Below, one piece after another: positions 8,000-17,048 of a stretch of DNA of 36,365 nucleotides. The notes beneath the pieces were generated by a model. That model saw nothing but the letters and a program-made list of their open reading frames with translations, was not told where the DNA came from and searched no databases. A program made the position numbers and the translations under genes. This DNA is from an uncultured Clostridia bacterium (GTDB lineage: Bacteria > Aerophobota > Aerophobia > Aerophobales > B3-G15), in contig CAYZYX010000017.1 of NCBI GenBank assembly GCA_964482715.1, positions 1 to 36,365 on the forward strand, in the 5' to 3' direction. Each line of letters opens with the position of its first letter. Position 1 is the stretch's first letter.

Positions 8000-8027
8000 T
8001 TGACAGGTTTTTTTAACCTGGTATGAT
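8000..8027 (+). promoter_or_regulatory. Promoter of the LacI operon
   Basis: TTGACA-N16-TATGAT with extended -10 TG. Confidence 0.75.
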
Positions 8028-8056
8028 TAAAACGATTTAAACTTAAATCGTTTTAA
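8027..8056. promoter_or_regulatory. Tandem LacI-type operators
   Basis: TTAAAACGATTTAA-AC-TTAAATCGTTTTAA: a perfect 14-bp inverted repeat, each arm a CG-centred pseudo-palindrome, between the -10 box and the LacI start codon. Confidence 0.75.
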
Positions 8057-8057
8057 A

Positions 8058-9068
8058 ATGAACAGTATAAAAATAAAGGATGTTGCCAGGTTAGCTGGTG
8101 TTTCTCCAGCCTGTGTGTCTCTGGTTCTAAATAACAAGCCATATGTTAGCCCGGAAACCAGAGAAAAGATTTACAAGGCTATTAAAAAGCTCAATTATCG
8201 CCCCAATATCATTGCCAGAAGTCTCAGAAAAAAAGAAACCACTACCATAGGTCTTGTGCTTCCCGATATAACTAATCCCTTCTTTCCTGAAGTAGCAAGA
8301 GGTGTAGAAACGAGAGCAAAGGAATACGGCTTTTCTGTAATTTTATGTAATAGTGATGCAGATCCGGTTCTGGAAAAGGAATCAATAGAGATACTGCTGG
8401 CTAAACAGGTAGACGGTCTTATCCTAACTTCAGCCCACAGAAAAAATGACTTAATTGAAAATCTCGAAAAAGATATTCCTGTAGTGCTCGTAAATAGAGA
8501 GCTCTTTCCGGGGAAATTTGATTTTGTAGGAATTGATAACCTGAATTCTGCCAAAACAATGGTCAGACATCTTCTAAAACTCGGACATAAAAGGATAGCT
8601 TTTATAAAAGGAGAACCGGCCTCGTCAGCAAGTGCAGATAGGTATAAAGGATACATATTGGCCTTGAAAGAAGCTGGTATAATCTACTCAAAGAATCTGG
8701 TTAAAACAGGTTACCTCAAATATGAAGGTGGTTACCAGGCTATCCAGTCTTTACTTGCCAGCTCCTCTCCCCCTACAGCTATTTTCTGTGCTAACGATAT
8801 GATGGCCTTGGGGGCTCTGGATGCCTGTAAAGACAAGGGGATAAAAGTTCCTCAAGATGTGGCCATCGTCGGATTTGACGATATCTGGCTTGCCTCTCTC
8901 AAAGGCATTGAACTTACCACCATCAGACAGCCAAGATATTTAATGGGGGTGAATGCGGTTGACCTTTTGATTGAAAGAATAACCGGTAAAAGAGATAAGA
9001 TTAAGAGACTGATACTTCCATCTGAACTTGTGGTAAGAAAAACATGTGGAACAGATTACAGGAAATAA
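8058..9068 (+). CDS. LacI-family transcriptional regulator
   Basis: IKDVARLAGVSPACVSLVLN HTH, YRPNIIARSL hinge helix, IFCANDMMALG, VGFDD. Confidence 0.96.
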   Translation: MNSIKIKDVARLAGVSPACVSLVLNNKPYVSPETREKIYKAIKKLNYRPNIIARSLRKKETTTIGLVLPDITNPFFPEVARGVETRAKEYGFSVILCNSDADPVLEKESIEILLAKQVDGLILTSAHRKNDLIENLEKDIPVVLVNRELFPGKFDFVGIDNLNSAKTMVRHLLKLGHKRIAFIKGEPASSASADRYKGYILALKEAGIIYSKNLVKTGYLKYEGGYQAIQSLLASSSPPTAIFCANDMMALGALDACKDKGIKVPQDVAIVGFDDIWLASLKGIELTTIRQPRYLMGVNAVDLLIERITGKRDKIKRLILPSELVVRKTCGTDYRK

Positions 9069-9069
9069 A

Positions 9070-10656
9070 ATGGTAGAATTTCTAACTTCAAAAGATGTTG
9101 TGAACTGGATAGAAGATAATTCAACCCTCGCTCTTGTGGGCTTTACTATGCTGGGAGTTGCTGAGGATATACTGCGAGAGATTGAAAGGAGGTTTCTCGA
9201 ATCCGGAACTCCCAGGAATTTGACTGTTATTCATGCTGCAGGACAAAGCGATACTCAAAACGGAATAGAACACTTGGCCCATGAGGGACTTTTAAAAAGA
9301 ATCATAGGCTCTCACTGGGGACTTGCCCCCCGCATGGCAAGACTTATTTATCAGAATAAAGTTGAGGCCTATGCACTTCCTCAGGGAAGAATTGCCAACC
9401 TTTACAAGGTAATGGCTGGAGGAGCCCCTGGTCTTTTATCCCCTATAGGTCTTGATACATACGTGGATCCTGATATTGGGGGCGGAAAAATAAACGATAA
9501 AACAAAAAAATGTGAAAATATAGTGGAAAAAATCAAAATAGATGGTAAAGATTATCTATTCTATAAAAAAATACCTATAGATTTTGTGTTGATCAGAGGA
9601 ACGGTCGCTGATGAAAAAGGGAATATATCAATGAAAGAAGAGGCAGTTAAACTGGAAGCTCTCTCAGCAGCTCTTGCCTGTCATCATTTTGGAGGGAAAG
9701 TCATTGCTCAAGTAAAATGGATTACTACAAAAGGGTCCCTCCATCCAAAGGAAATAACCCTTCCTGGTATATTTGTTGATGCGGTCGTCATGGCAAAAAA
9801 TCAGGAAGAAACTCACCGTCAGACTGCAACCAGTTTTTATGACCCCTCTCTCTGCGGTGAGATAAAAACTCCAGAAATGACTTTTCAACCCATCCCTCTG
9901 AGTATTCGCAAGATAATAGGACGAAGAGCCATTATGGAGATCGCTCCAGGTGCCATAGTCAATCTGGGAACAGGTATTCCAGGTGATACAATTGGACCCA
10001 TCGCTGCCGAAGAGGGAATACTTTCGGAGTTTATTCTAACTGTCGAATCCGGGACCATTGGTGGTATACCAGGAGGAGGAATCGATTTTGGTGTAAGTAG
10101 AAATCCCGAAGTTATAATAAATCACATGGATCAGTTTGATTTTTACACCGGGACAGGCGTAGATATAACTTTTATGGGAGCAGCCGAAATTGATCAGGAG
10201 GGAAACGTTAATGTAAGTAGGTTCGGGTCGCGAGTTGCAGGATGTGGAGGGTTTATTGATATCACTCAAATGGCAAAGAAAGTGGTTTTTTGTTTTACTT
10301 TTACTGTAGGAGAAATCTCCGCAGATTATTCCAGTGGAAAACTAAAGATTCTGCAAGACGGTAAACCTTTAAAATTCGTACCTCAGGTAAATCATATTAC
10401 TTTTAGTGGAAAACGGGCAAAAAATGTGGGTCAGAAGGTCGTCTATGTTACCGAAAGAGCTGTATTTGAATTAAGGCCGGAAGGCTTCACACTGATTGAA
10501 ATTGCACCCGGAGTAGATCTCAAAAAGGACATACTGGATAAAATGTCATTTGAACCAAAAATAGCGCCAGAACTAAGAGAAATGAACTCAAGAATTTTTC
10601 TGGAAGAACCAATGGGCATAGCCACAAATTTTTTAACTTATGAAAAGATAAGATAA
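9070..10656 (+). CDS. Family I acyl-CoA transferase, single chain (YdiF/propionate CoA-transferase-like)
   Basis: IIGSHWG, VNLGTGIP, catalytic TVESG, GNVNVSRFG, GCGGFIDITQ, YVTERAVF. ATG 9070 preferred to GTG 9046. Confidence 0.92.
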   Translation: MVEFLTSKDVVNWIEDNSTLALVGFTMLGVAEDILREIERRFLESGTPRNLTVIHAAGQSDTQNGIEHLAHEGLLKRIIGSHWGLAPRMARLIYQNKVEAYALPQGRIANLYKVMAGGAPGLLSPIGLDTYVDPDIGGGKINDKTKKCENIVEKIKIDGKDYLFYKKIPIDFVLIRGTVADEKGNISMKEEAVKLEALSAALACHHFGGKVIAQVKWITTKGSLHPKEITLPGIFVDAVVMAKNQEETHRQTATSFYDPSLCGEIKTPEMTFQPIPLSIRKIIGRRAIMEIAPGAIVNLGTGIPGDTIGPIAAEEGILSEFILTVESGTIGGIPGGGIDFGVSRNPEVIINHMDQFDFYTGTGVDITFMGAAEIDQEGNVNVSRFGSRVAGCGGFIDITQMAKKVVFCFTFTVGEISADYSSGKLKILQDGKPLKFVPQVNHITFSGKRAKNVGQKVVYVTERAVFELRPEGFTLIEIAPGVDLKKDILDKMSFEPKIAPELREMNSRIFLEEPMGIATNFLTYEKIR

Positions 10657-10671
10657 ACTGAGGAAGGGAAA

Positions 10672-11409
10672 ATGCGACTTAAAGACAAAAAAGCGGTGGT
10701 TACCGGTGCAGCTCGAGGAATAGGGAAAGCTATTTCCCTGAAATTAGCCCAGGAAGGTGCGGACGTGATAGTTGCTGACAAAAACAGGGAAGGTGTGGAA
10801 CAGGTTGCCAGTCAGATTGAAAAAATGGGAAGAAAAGGATATCCCTTAAAAGTTGATGTTTCTAAAAGACAGGAAGTGGAAAAAATGATTATTTCAGCTA
10901 AAGAAAAAATGGGAAGGATAGATATTTTGGTGAATAATGCTGGAATAAATCGAGACGCAATGTTACATAAAATGACCGACGAAAACTGGCACGAAGTTAT
11001 AGCCGTAAACCTCACAGGTGTGTTTTTCTGTATACGAGAAGCTGCAAAAGTTATGCGAGATCAAGGATATGGAAGAATAATCAACATTTCCTCGGCAAGC
11101 TGGATGGGAAATATCGGTCAGGCAAACTATTCTGCGGCAAAAGCAGGAGTGGTGGGACTTTCCAAAACAGCAGCCAGAGAACTTGCCAGAAAAGGTATCA
11201 CGGTAAATGTGGTATGTCCGGGATTTATAGATACTGAAATGACTCGAGCTGTTCCTGAAAAAATCCGTACCAAGATTATAGAGAAAATTCCTATGGGTGA
11301 GGTTGGAAAGCCGGAAGATGTGGCAAATATGGTTGCTTTCCTGGCATCAGATGAGGCAAGATACGTTACAGGAGCTATCATAGATGTTGGAGGTGGACTG
11401 GTACTTTAG
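10672..11409 (+). CDS. SDR oxidoreductase, FabG/3-hydroxyacyl-CoA dehydrogenase-like
   Basis: TGAARGIG, NNAG, YSAAK. Asp after beta-2 (IVAD) suggests NAD preference. Confidence 0.92.
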   Translation: MRLKDKKAVVTGAARGIGKAISLKLAQEGADVIVADKNREGVEQVASQIEKMGRKGYPLKVDVSKRQEVEKMIISAKEKMGRIDILVNNAGINRDAMLHKMTDENWHEVIAVNLTGVFFCIREAAKVMRDQGYGRIINISSASWMGNIGQANYSAAKAGVVGLSKTAARELARKGITVNVVCPGFIDTEMTRAVPEKIRTKIIEKIPMGEVGKPEDVANMVAFLASDEARYVTGAIIDVGGGLVL

Positions 11410-11418
11410 GAGGAAAAA

Positions 11419-12648
11419 ATGCAAGATAAAAAAGTTGCCATTTTATCTGCAGTTCGCACGCCAGTAGGTAAATTTGGTATGTCTCTTGCCGGGATCTCCC
11501 CCCTTGATCTCGGGGCTCTGGTAGTTAGAGAAGCCATCAGAAGAGCCGGAATTTTACCAGAAGAGGTTGATAGAGTAGTTGTTGGAGAAAATATACAAAC
11601 CACTCCCCGTGGCGATCCCGCAAGGCATATAGCTTTAAGAGCAGGACTTCCTGTTGAAGTTGACGATTATTCCATTAATATGAACTGCTCCTCAGGAATG
11701 AGAGCTGTTGTTTGTGCTGCCCAGGATATAATTCTTGGAGAGCGAAAGTTGATTGTGGCCTGCGGAACCGAATGTATGAGTCAGGCTCCTTTTCTGCTGG
11801 AAGGCATCAGATGGGGCATTAAGCTGGGGGGGAAAAAACTTGTAGACTTTCTGGCCGATTATCTATTGGTAGATGCCGGTCCGATGGCCGAAACTATTGC
11901 TGAGAGGTATAAAATAACTCGAAAAGAACAGGATGAATTTGCATATCTTAGCCATATGAAAGCGATTAAAGCTATTGATCAGGGAAAATTTGAAGAAGAA
12001 ATAGTTCCTGTCCCCGTGAAAATCTTGAAAGAAAAAGCCCTGAAAGATAGTGTCATGGAAGATAATCTTGTGCCACTACCAGATGAGGTTAAAGGAGAAG
12101 ACCTTTTTAGAGTGGACGAACATCCCCGCCGGGATACTTCGCCTGAGAAATTATCAAATCTAAAACCAGTTTTCAAAAAAGGAGGCACTGTGACAGCAGG
12201 CAATGCCTCAGGAATAAACGATGCAGCTGCAGCTCTGGTTCTTGCCAGCAATGATAAATGGAAAAAGTTGAAAAAAAAGCCTGTTGCCTATCTTGCTGCC
12301 TGGGAGGCCGCAGGAGTTGAGCCGGAAATCTTCGGGATAGGACCAGTTGCAACAGTAAAAAAACTTCTGGATAAAACAGGACTTGATTTAGAAAAAATAG
12401 ACCTTTTTGAAATTAATGAAGCATTCGCTGCATCAACAATTGCCTGTATAAAAGAACTTAAAATTGATCCTGGAAAAGTTAACGTCAATGGAGGGGCAAT
12501 TGCGCTGGGTCATCCTGTGGGGGCCACGGGAATTATAATGATGGTTAAACTCATTTTTGAATTAAGAAGAAGGAAGGCAAAATACGGAATTGCCACCATG
12601 TGTGTTGGTAGTGGTCAGGGAATGGCAGTTTTAATTGAAATACCTTAA
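11419..12648 (+). CDS. Thiolase (acetyl-CoA C-acyltransferase family)
   Basis: NMNCSSG, GTVTAGNASGINDAA, NEAF, GHPVGATG, CVGSGQG. Confidence 0.95.
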   Translation: MQDKKVAILSAVRTPVGKFGMSLAGISPLDLGALVVREAIRRAGILPEEVDRVVVGENIQTTPRGDPARHIALRAGLPVEVDDYSINMNCSSGMRAVVCAAQDIILGERKLIVACGTECMSQAPFLLEGIRWGIKLGGKKLVDFLADYLLVDAGPMAETIAERYKITRKEQDEFAYLSHMKAIKAIDQGKFEEEIVPVPVKILKEKALKDSVMEDNLVPLPDEVKGEDLFRVDEHPRRDTSPEKLSNLKPVFKKGGTVTAGNASGINDAAAALVLASNDKWKKLKKKPVAYLAAWEAAGVEPEIFGIGPVATVKKLLDKTGLDLEKIDLFEINEAFAASTIACIKELKIDPGKVNVNGGAIALGHPVGATGIIMMVKLIFELRRRKAKYGIATMCVGSGQGMAVLIEIP

Positions 12649-12684
12649 GTATTTTTTCCAGAAAGACCCGGGGGAATAAGAAAA

Positions 12685-14547
12685 ATGGGATTTGGATTTT
12701 TGGGAAGACTGGCTCGCATTGATCTAAACAAAAAAAGGGTAGAAATTGAGGACATTCCTGAAGACGATTGTAAAAAATACCTTGCTGGTAGTGGTTTAGC
12801 TGCAAGGATTCTCTACAGAGAGTTTGATAGTTCACTTTCCCCTCTGGATCCAGAAAGTCCTCTGGTCATTATAGCTGGCCTGCTTACCGGCACTTCTGTC
12901 CCCTGTGCCTGTAAAACCTCTGTATGTGCACGTTCTCCTGAAACAGAAATCTGGGGCGAGGCCACCGTGGGAGGATATTTTGGGGCAGAACTAAAGAAAA
13001 CCGGTTACGATGGATTAATAATTACTGGAAAATCTGAAATTCCGGTTTACCTGTGGATTAATAATGAGAAAATAACAATAAAACCGGCAAAGCACGTCTG
13101 GGGACTTGATACTTTCACCACAACAGAGAAACTCTTGAAGGAAACCCATCTTAAAGCCAGAGTGGCCTGTATAGGTCCTGCAGGAGAGAATCTCTGTGCA
13201 ATTTCCTCAATTATCATTGATGGATGGGAATCAAGGGCTGCGGCAAGAGGTGGCTTAGGAGCTGTTATGGGGACAAAAAATCTTAAAGCCATTGTGGTTA
13301 AAGGAGAAAAATATCCGGAGATTAAAGATAAAAAAATGCTTGCCAGATCCATAAGAGAGACTCTACCTTTTCTTCAGCAAAATACTAAGGGACTTAGCGA
13401 TTTCGGGACAGCTGTTGGAATGTATTCTGTGGTAGAACCCTCGGGAGACCTTCCTATTAAGAACTGGCTTCAGGGAAGCTGGACAGAAGGAGCAGAGAAA
13501 ACCACCGGCGAAACTATGGTGAAAAAATTTCTGGAAAGACATTATGGTTGTTTTGGTTGTCCCATCAAATGTGGAAAAATCATCAAAATAAATACCCGAA
13601 ACAGACAGCGACTGATGCATGGACCCGAATATGAATCAAATGCAGCTCTGGGCGCATTGTGTCTAAACGACGATTTGAAAAAAATATCCCTTGCCAATGA
13701 ACTTTGTAACATGTATGGTCTTGATACTATTTCCACGGGCTCGACCATTGCTTTCGCTATAGAAGCTTTTGAGAGGAAGATAATATCCACGCTTGATACG
13801 GATGGAATTGAGCTTAAGTGGGGGGATGGAGATGCAATAATACAAATCGTTGACAAAATAGCTAAAAGAGAAGGGATTGGTGATATTCTCGCCGATGGCA
13901 CAAAAAAGGCAGCGGAAAGATTGGGTAAGAATTCTATAGAGTTTTCTATTCAGGTTAAAGGATTGGAACTTCCTCTGCATGATCCTCGTGCTTATGTTAG
14001 CATGGCTCTGACTTATGCTACCGGAAATAGAGGTGCCTGTCATCTTGATTCCCTCTCCTATACCTTTGAGGGTGGCCCTGATGTTAAGGGAATTCCTTAT
14101 AACCACTCTTTGTCTCCCCACCAGTCTGATGGAAAAGTTGAGCTGGTAATAAGGCTACAGAATTATATGGCTTCGTTAAATGCCCTTGGTCTTTGTAAAT
14201 TCCTGTTTTGTGGAAAAATAGGACCCGCTAAAATCGCAACCTGGACCAGTTTGGTTACTGGTTGGAAGTTAAAGGGAGAAGAGCTTTTGGAAATAGGAGA
14301 TAGATTGTTTAATCTGAAACGCCTTTATAACTACAGGCTGGGTATTACTCGTAAAGATGACTTTCTTCCTCCTCGACTTTTGACCTGGGATAGAAAGGAA
14401 GGTGGATCAAAAGGTGTTTTGCCTCATCTTGGCAAAATGCTTGGCGATTACTACAGGCTTCGGGGATGGAGTGAAGATGGTATTCCCACAACTGAAAAGT
14501 TAAGACAGTTAAAACTTGAAAAAAATATAAAGAGAGGTAGGATATAG
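12685..14547 (+). CDS. aor: Aldehyde:ferredoxin oxidoreductase family (W/Mo-pterin)
   Basis: IGPAGEN, AARGGLGAVMGTKNLKA, CFGCPIKC, GPEYE, GLDTIS, DPR, RGACH, YYRLRGW. Confidence 0.93.
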   Translation: MGFGFLGRLARIDLNKKRVEIEDIPEDDCKKYLAGSGLAARILYREFDSSLSPLDPESPLVIIAGLLTGTSVPCACKTSVCARSPETEIWGEATVGGYFGAELKKTGYDGLIITGKSEIPVYLWINNEKITIKPAKHVWGLDTFTTTEKLLKETHLKARVACIGPAGENLCAISSIIIDGWESRAAARGGLGAVMGTKNLKAIVVKGEKYPEIKDKKMLARSIRETLPFLQQNTKGLSDFGTAVGMYSVVEPSGDLPIKNWLQGSWTEGAEKTTGETMVKKFLERHYGCFGCPIKCGKIIKINTRNRQRLMHGPEYESNAALGALCLNDDLKKISLANELCNMYGLDTISTGSTIAFAIEAFERKIISTLDTDGIELKWGDGDAIIQIVDKIAKREGIGDILADGTKKAAERLGKNSIEFSIQVKGLELPLHDPRAYVSMALTYATGNRGACHLDSLSYTFEGGPDVKGIPYNHSLSPHQSDGKVELVIRLQNYMASLNALGLCKFLFCGKIGPAKIATWTSLVTGWKLKGEELLEIGDRLFNLKRLYNYRLGITRKDDFLPPRLLTWDRKEGGSKGVLPHLGKMLGDYYRLRGWSEDGIPTTEKLRQLKLEKNIKRGRI

Positions 14548-14672
14548 ATAAAATTCAGTATTTAAGAATTTAAAAATAAAAATTTAAAAAGGGGGGAGAG
14601 TATCAAAATGCAAGGAGGTGAAAAATGGGGTAGCGGAAAAGGAGAAACCTTTACTAACAGGGAGGTAATAAG

Positions 14673-16106
14673 TTGAATAAAAAGGCTATTGCGTTTTTAG
14701 TTACACTTATTTTGGGGTTTTGTCTCGTAGGAGGAGCAATAGCTGGGGCTGAAGAAAAACTCATCCCTTTAACCGTGGTGGGAGATGCCGGACATAATCA
14801 AAAACCCTGGGAGTGGTATAAAGAAGACTTCAAGAAATTATATGGTGTGGATTTAAAAATTGTGGGAGTTCCTTTTGCTGAAGTTTACGAAAAACTAAAA
14901 ATTGAGTTTGTTACTCATACCGGTGCTTATGACATTGTTACCTTTTATCCAAAATACATAGGCGACTTTGCCGGAAATGGTTATCTTTATCCTTTAGACG
15001 AATTCATAGCCAAATTGGATCCCAATTTAGCTGATGTTACACCGGGGTACAGGGATTTTTACTGCAAATACAAAGGGAAAATATATGCTCTGCCTTACGA
15101 CGGAGATGTCTTGAATCTTTATTATCGCAAAGACCTTTTTGAAAATCCTGAAGAAAAAGCTGCTTTCAAGGCCAAATATGGATATGAACTCAGACCTCCT
15201 TTAACCTGGGATGAGTATCTGGATGTGGCCGAGTTTTTCACCAGGAAAAAGGGCCAGAAACTTGCCGGTAAGGTCCTTGACAGGGACTTTTATGGGACAG
15301 CTTTTTATGGTCAAAGAGACTGGTGCTGGGCCTGGTGGGGTAACCGTTTTGCTGCTTATGGAGGAGTTTATTTTGACGAAGAAACCATGAAGCCCATGAT
15401 TAACTCTCCAGCTGGAGTGAAAGCCCTCGAGGATATGTTAAAAACCATGAAATACTCTCCTCCTGATGTCTTAGCCTATGGATATGAAGAATTAAAAGAT
15501 GTGTTCTTAAACGGTGAAACGGCCATGGTTATTCAGTGGCCCTGTGTTGGTAAAAAAGGTGCTGATCCTGCCCAATCCAAAATAGTAGGAAAAATTGGTG
15601 TTACTACTGTCCCTGGTGTTCTGAAAGATGGCAAATTATATCGTCGGGCCATGATGCCCTGTGGACGTGTCCTGGGTATAGCTAAGGATTCTGAAAACCC
15701 CTGGAAAGCCTATCAGGTAATATGGCATGTTTCTGTAAAAACCAGCATAGACGATGTGTCTACCGCTAAAACCGGACTTGATCCGTACAGATACTCCCAT
15801 TTTCAACACCCGAAAGAGTACGAAATGTTTCCCACCATTAAGGATGCTGAAATATACCTTAAAGGTGTTCAATCCAACCTGGTAGTTGGCTATCCTGAAA
15901 TGGTAATTCCTGGAGCCGAACAATACGAGGACGTTCTGGGAAGAAAAATCACCGAAGCTTTAAGTGGTGCCAAAAGTCCAAAACAGGCTCTTGATGAGGT
16001 CGCCAAAGAATGGGATAAGATAACTGACAGGTTTGGTCGAGAAAAACAGAAGAAGCTCTATCAAGAACTTGTGGCAGGTTGGAGAGCAGCTGGTCTATGG
16101 GAGTAA
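14673..16106 (+). CDS. Carbohydrate (CUT1) ABC substrate-binding protein
   Basis: TTG start after GGAGG, signal peptide, IYALPYDGD, LYYRKDLF, PLTWDEY. Confidence 0.92.
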   Translation: MNKKAIAFLVTLILGFCLVGGAIAGAEEKLIPLTVVGDAGHNQKPWEWYKEDFKKLYGVDLKIVGVPFAEVYEKLKIEFVTHTGAYDIVTFYPKYIGDFAGNGYLYPLDEFIAKLDPNLADVTPGYRDFYCKYKGKIYALPYDGDVLNLYYRKDLFENPEEKAAFKAKYGYELRPPLTWDEYLDVAEFFTRKKGQKLAGKVLDRDFYGTAFYGQRDWCWAWWGNRFAAYGGVYFDEETMKPMINSPAGVKALEDMLKTMKYSPPDVLAYGYEELKDVFLNGETAMVIQWPCVGKKGADPAQSKIVGKIGVTTVPGVLKDGKLYRRAMMPCGRVLGIAKDSENPWKAYQVIWHVSVKTSIDDVSTAKTGLDPYRYSHFQHPKEYEMFPTIKDAEIYLKGVQSNLVVGYPEMVIPGAEQYEDVLGRKITEALSGAKSPKQALDEVAKEWDKITDRFGREKQKKLYQELVAGWRAAGLWE

Positions 16107-16115
16107 AAAATTTAA

Positions 16116-16149
16116 AGGGAGCAGGACTTTGAATCCTGCTCCCTCATTT
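16116..16149 (+). terminator. Intercistronic stem-loop after the SBP gene (partial terminator or mRNA stabiliser)
   Basis: AGGGAGCAGGA-N7-TCCTGCTCCCT, an 11-bp perfect stem followed by a short T run. Confidence 0.75.
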
Positions 16150-16161
16150 TGACCATTACCA

Positions 16162-17046
16162 ATGACAAAAAAATCTTGGTTAAGTACAGAAAAATGGATG
16201 TCTTTTCTTTTTATTCTCCCCTGTGTTGTAATTCTGCTTGTTATTTCTGTCTTTCCCCTTATTTACTCTCTCTGGCTTAGTTTTAATTCCTGGGAATTGG
16301 CTATGGGATTTCCTCCTGAATTTATTGGACTGGCAAATTATATAAGATTGTTTCAAGAAGCAAGATTCTGGAACGCCATGTTAAATATTGGTAAAGTTCT
16401 TCTATTTGGAGTGGGTTCTCAGTTTCTCATAGGTCTTGCTCTGGCCATCCTGCTGGACAGGGCTATCCGTGGAAAAACACTTTTGACAACTCTTTTTCTT
16501 CTTCCTATGGTTATAGCACCTGTAGTGGTGGGGTGTACCTGGAGGCAAATATATCACTATCAGTATGGTCCTTTGAATTACATTCTTCAAAAAATGAGTT
16601 TTGCACCAATTACCTGGCTTTCCAATCCCAGATTTTCTCTTCCTTCAATTATAATAAGCGATACCTGGGAATGGACCCCTTTTATGATGGTGGTTATTTT
16701 AGCCGGGCTACAATCGATACCTGATCAGCTACGGGAAGCAGCAGCAATAGATGGAGCATCAAGCTGGAAGATATTTACAAACATACTCTTTCCGCTATTA
16801 AAACCTGTCATGATTGTAGCTATTCTAATAAGGGTTATGGATGCCTTTAAATTATTTGATCTGGTTGTATTGCTCACTCAGGGTGGTCCAGGAGAGTCTT
16901 CGGAAACTATCACCTATTATAACTATCTTGTAGGATTTAAACACTTCAGTCTGGGATATGCTGCAGCCTTGTCCTATGTTCAACTTGTGGTTATCATTGT
17001 GATTGCTAACTTTTTCTTAAGGTTCCTAAAAGAAAAAGAGGTATAA
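16162..17046 (+). CDS. Carbohydrate ABC permease (MalF-like)
   Basis: FIGLANY, WEWTPF, EAAAIDGAS. Confidence 0.94.
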   Translation: MTKKSWLSTEKWMSFLFILPCVVILLVISVFPLIYSLWLSFNSWELAMGFPPEFIGLANYIRLFQEARFWNAMLNIGKVLLFGVGSQFLIGLALAILLDRAIRGKTLLTTLFLLPMVIAPVVVGCTWRQIYHYQYGPLNYILQKMSFAPITWLSNPRFSLPSIIISDTWEWTPFMMVVILAGLQSIPDQLREAAAIDGASSWKIFTNILFPLLKPVMIVAILIRVMDAFKLFDLVVLLTQGGPGESSETITYYNYLVGFKHFSLGYAAALSYVQLVVIIVIANFFLRFLKEKEV

Positions 17047-17048
17047 CT

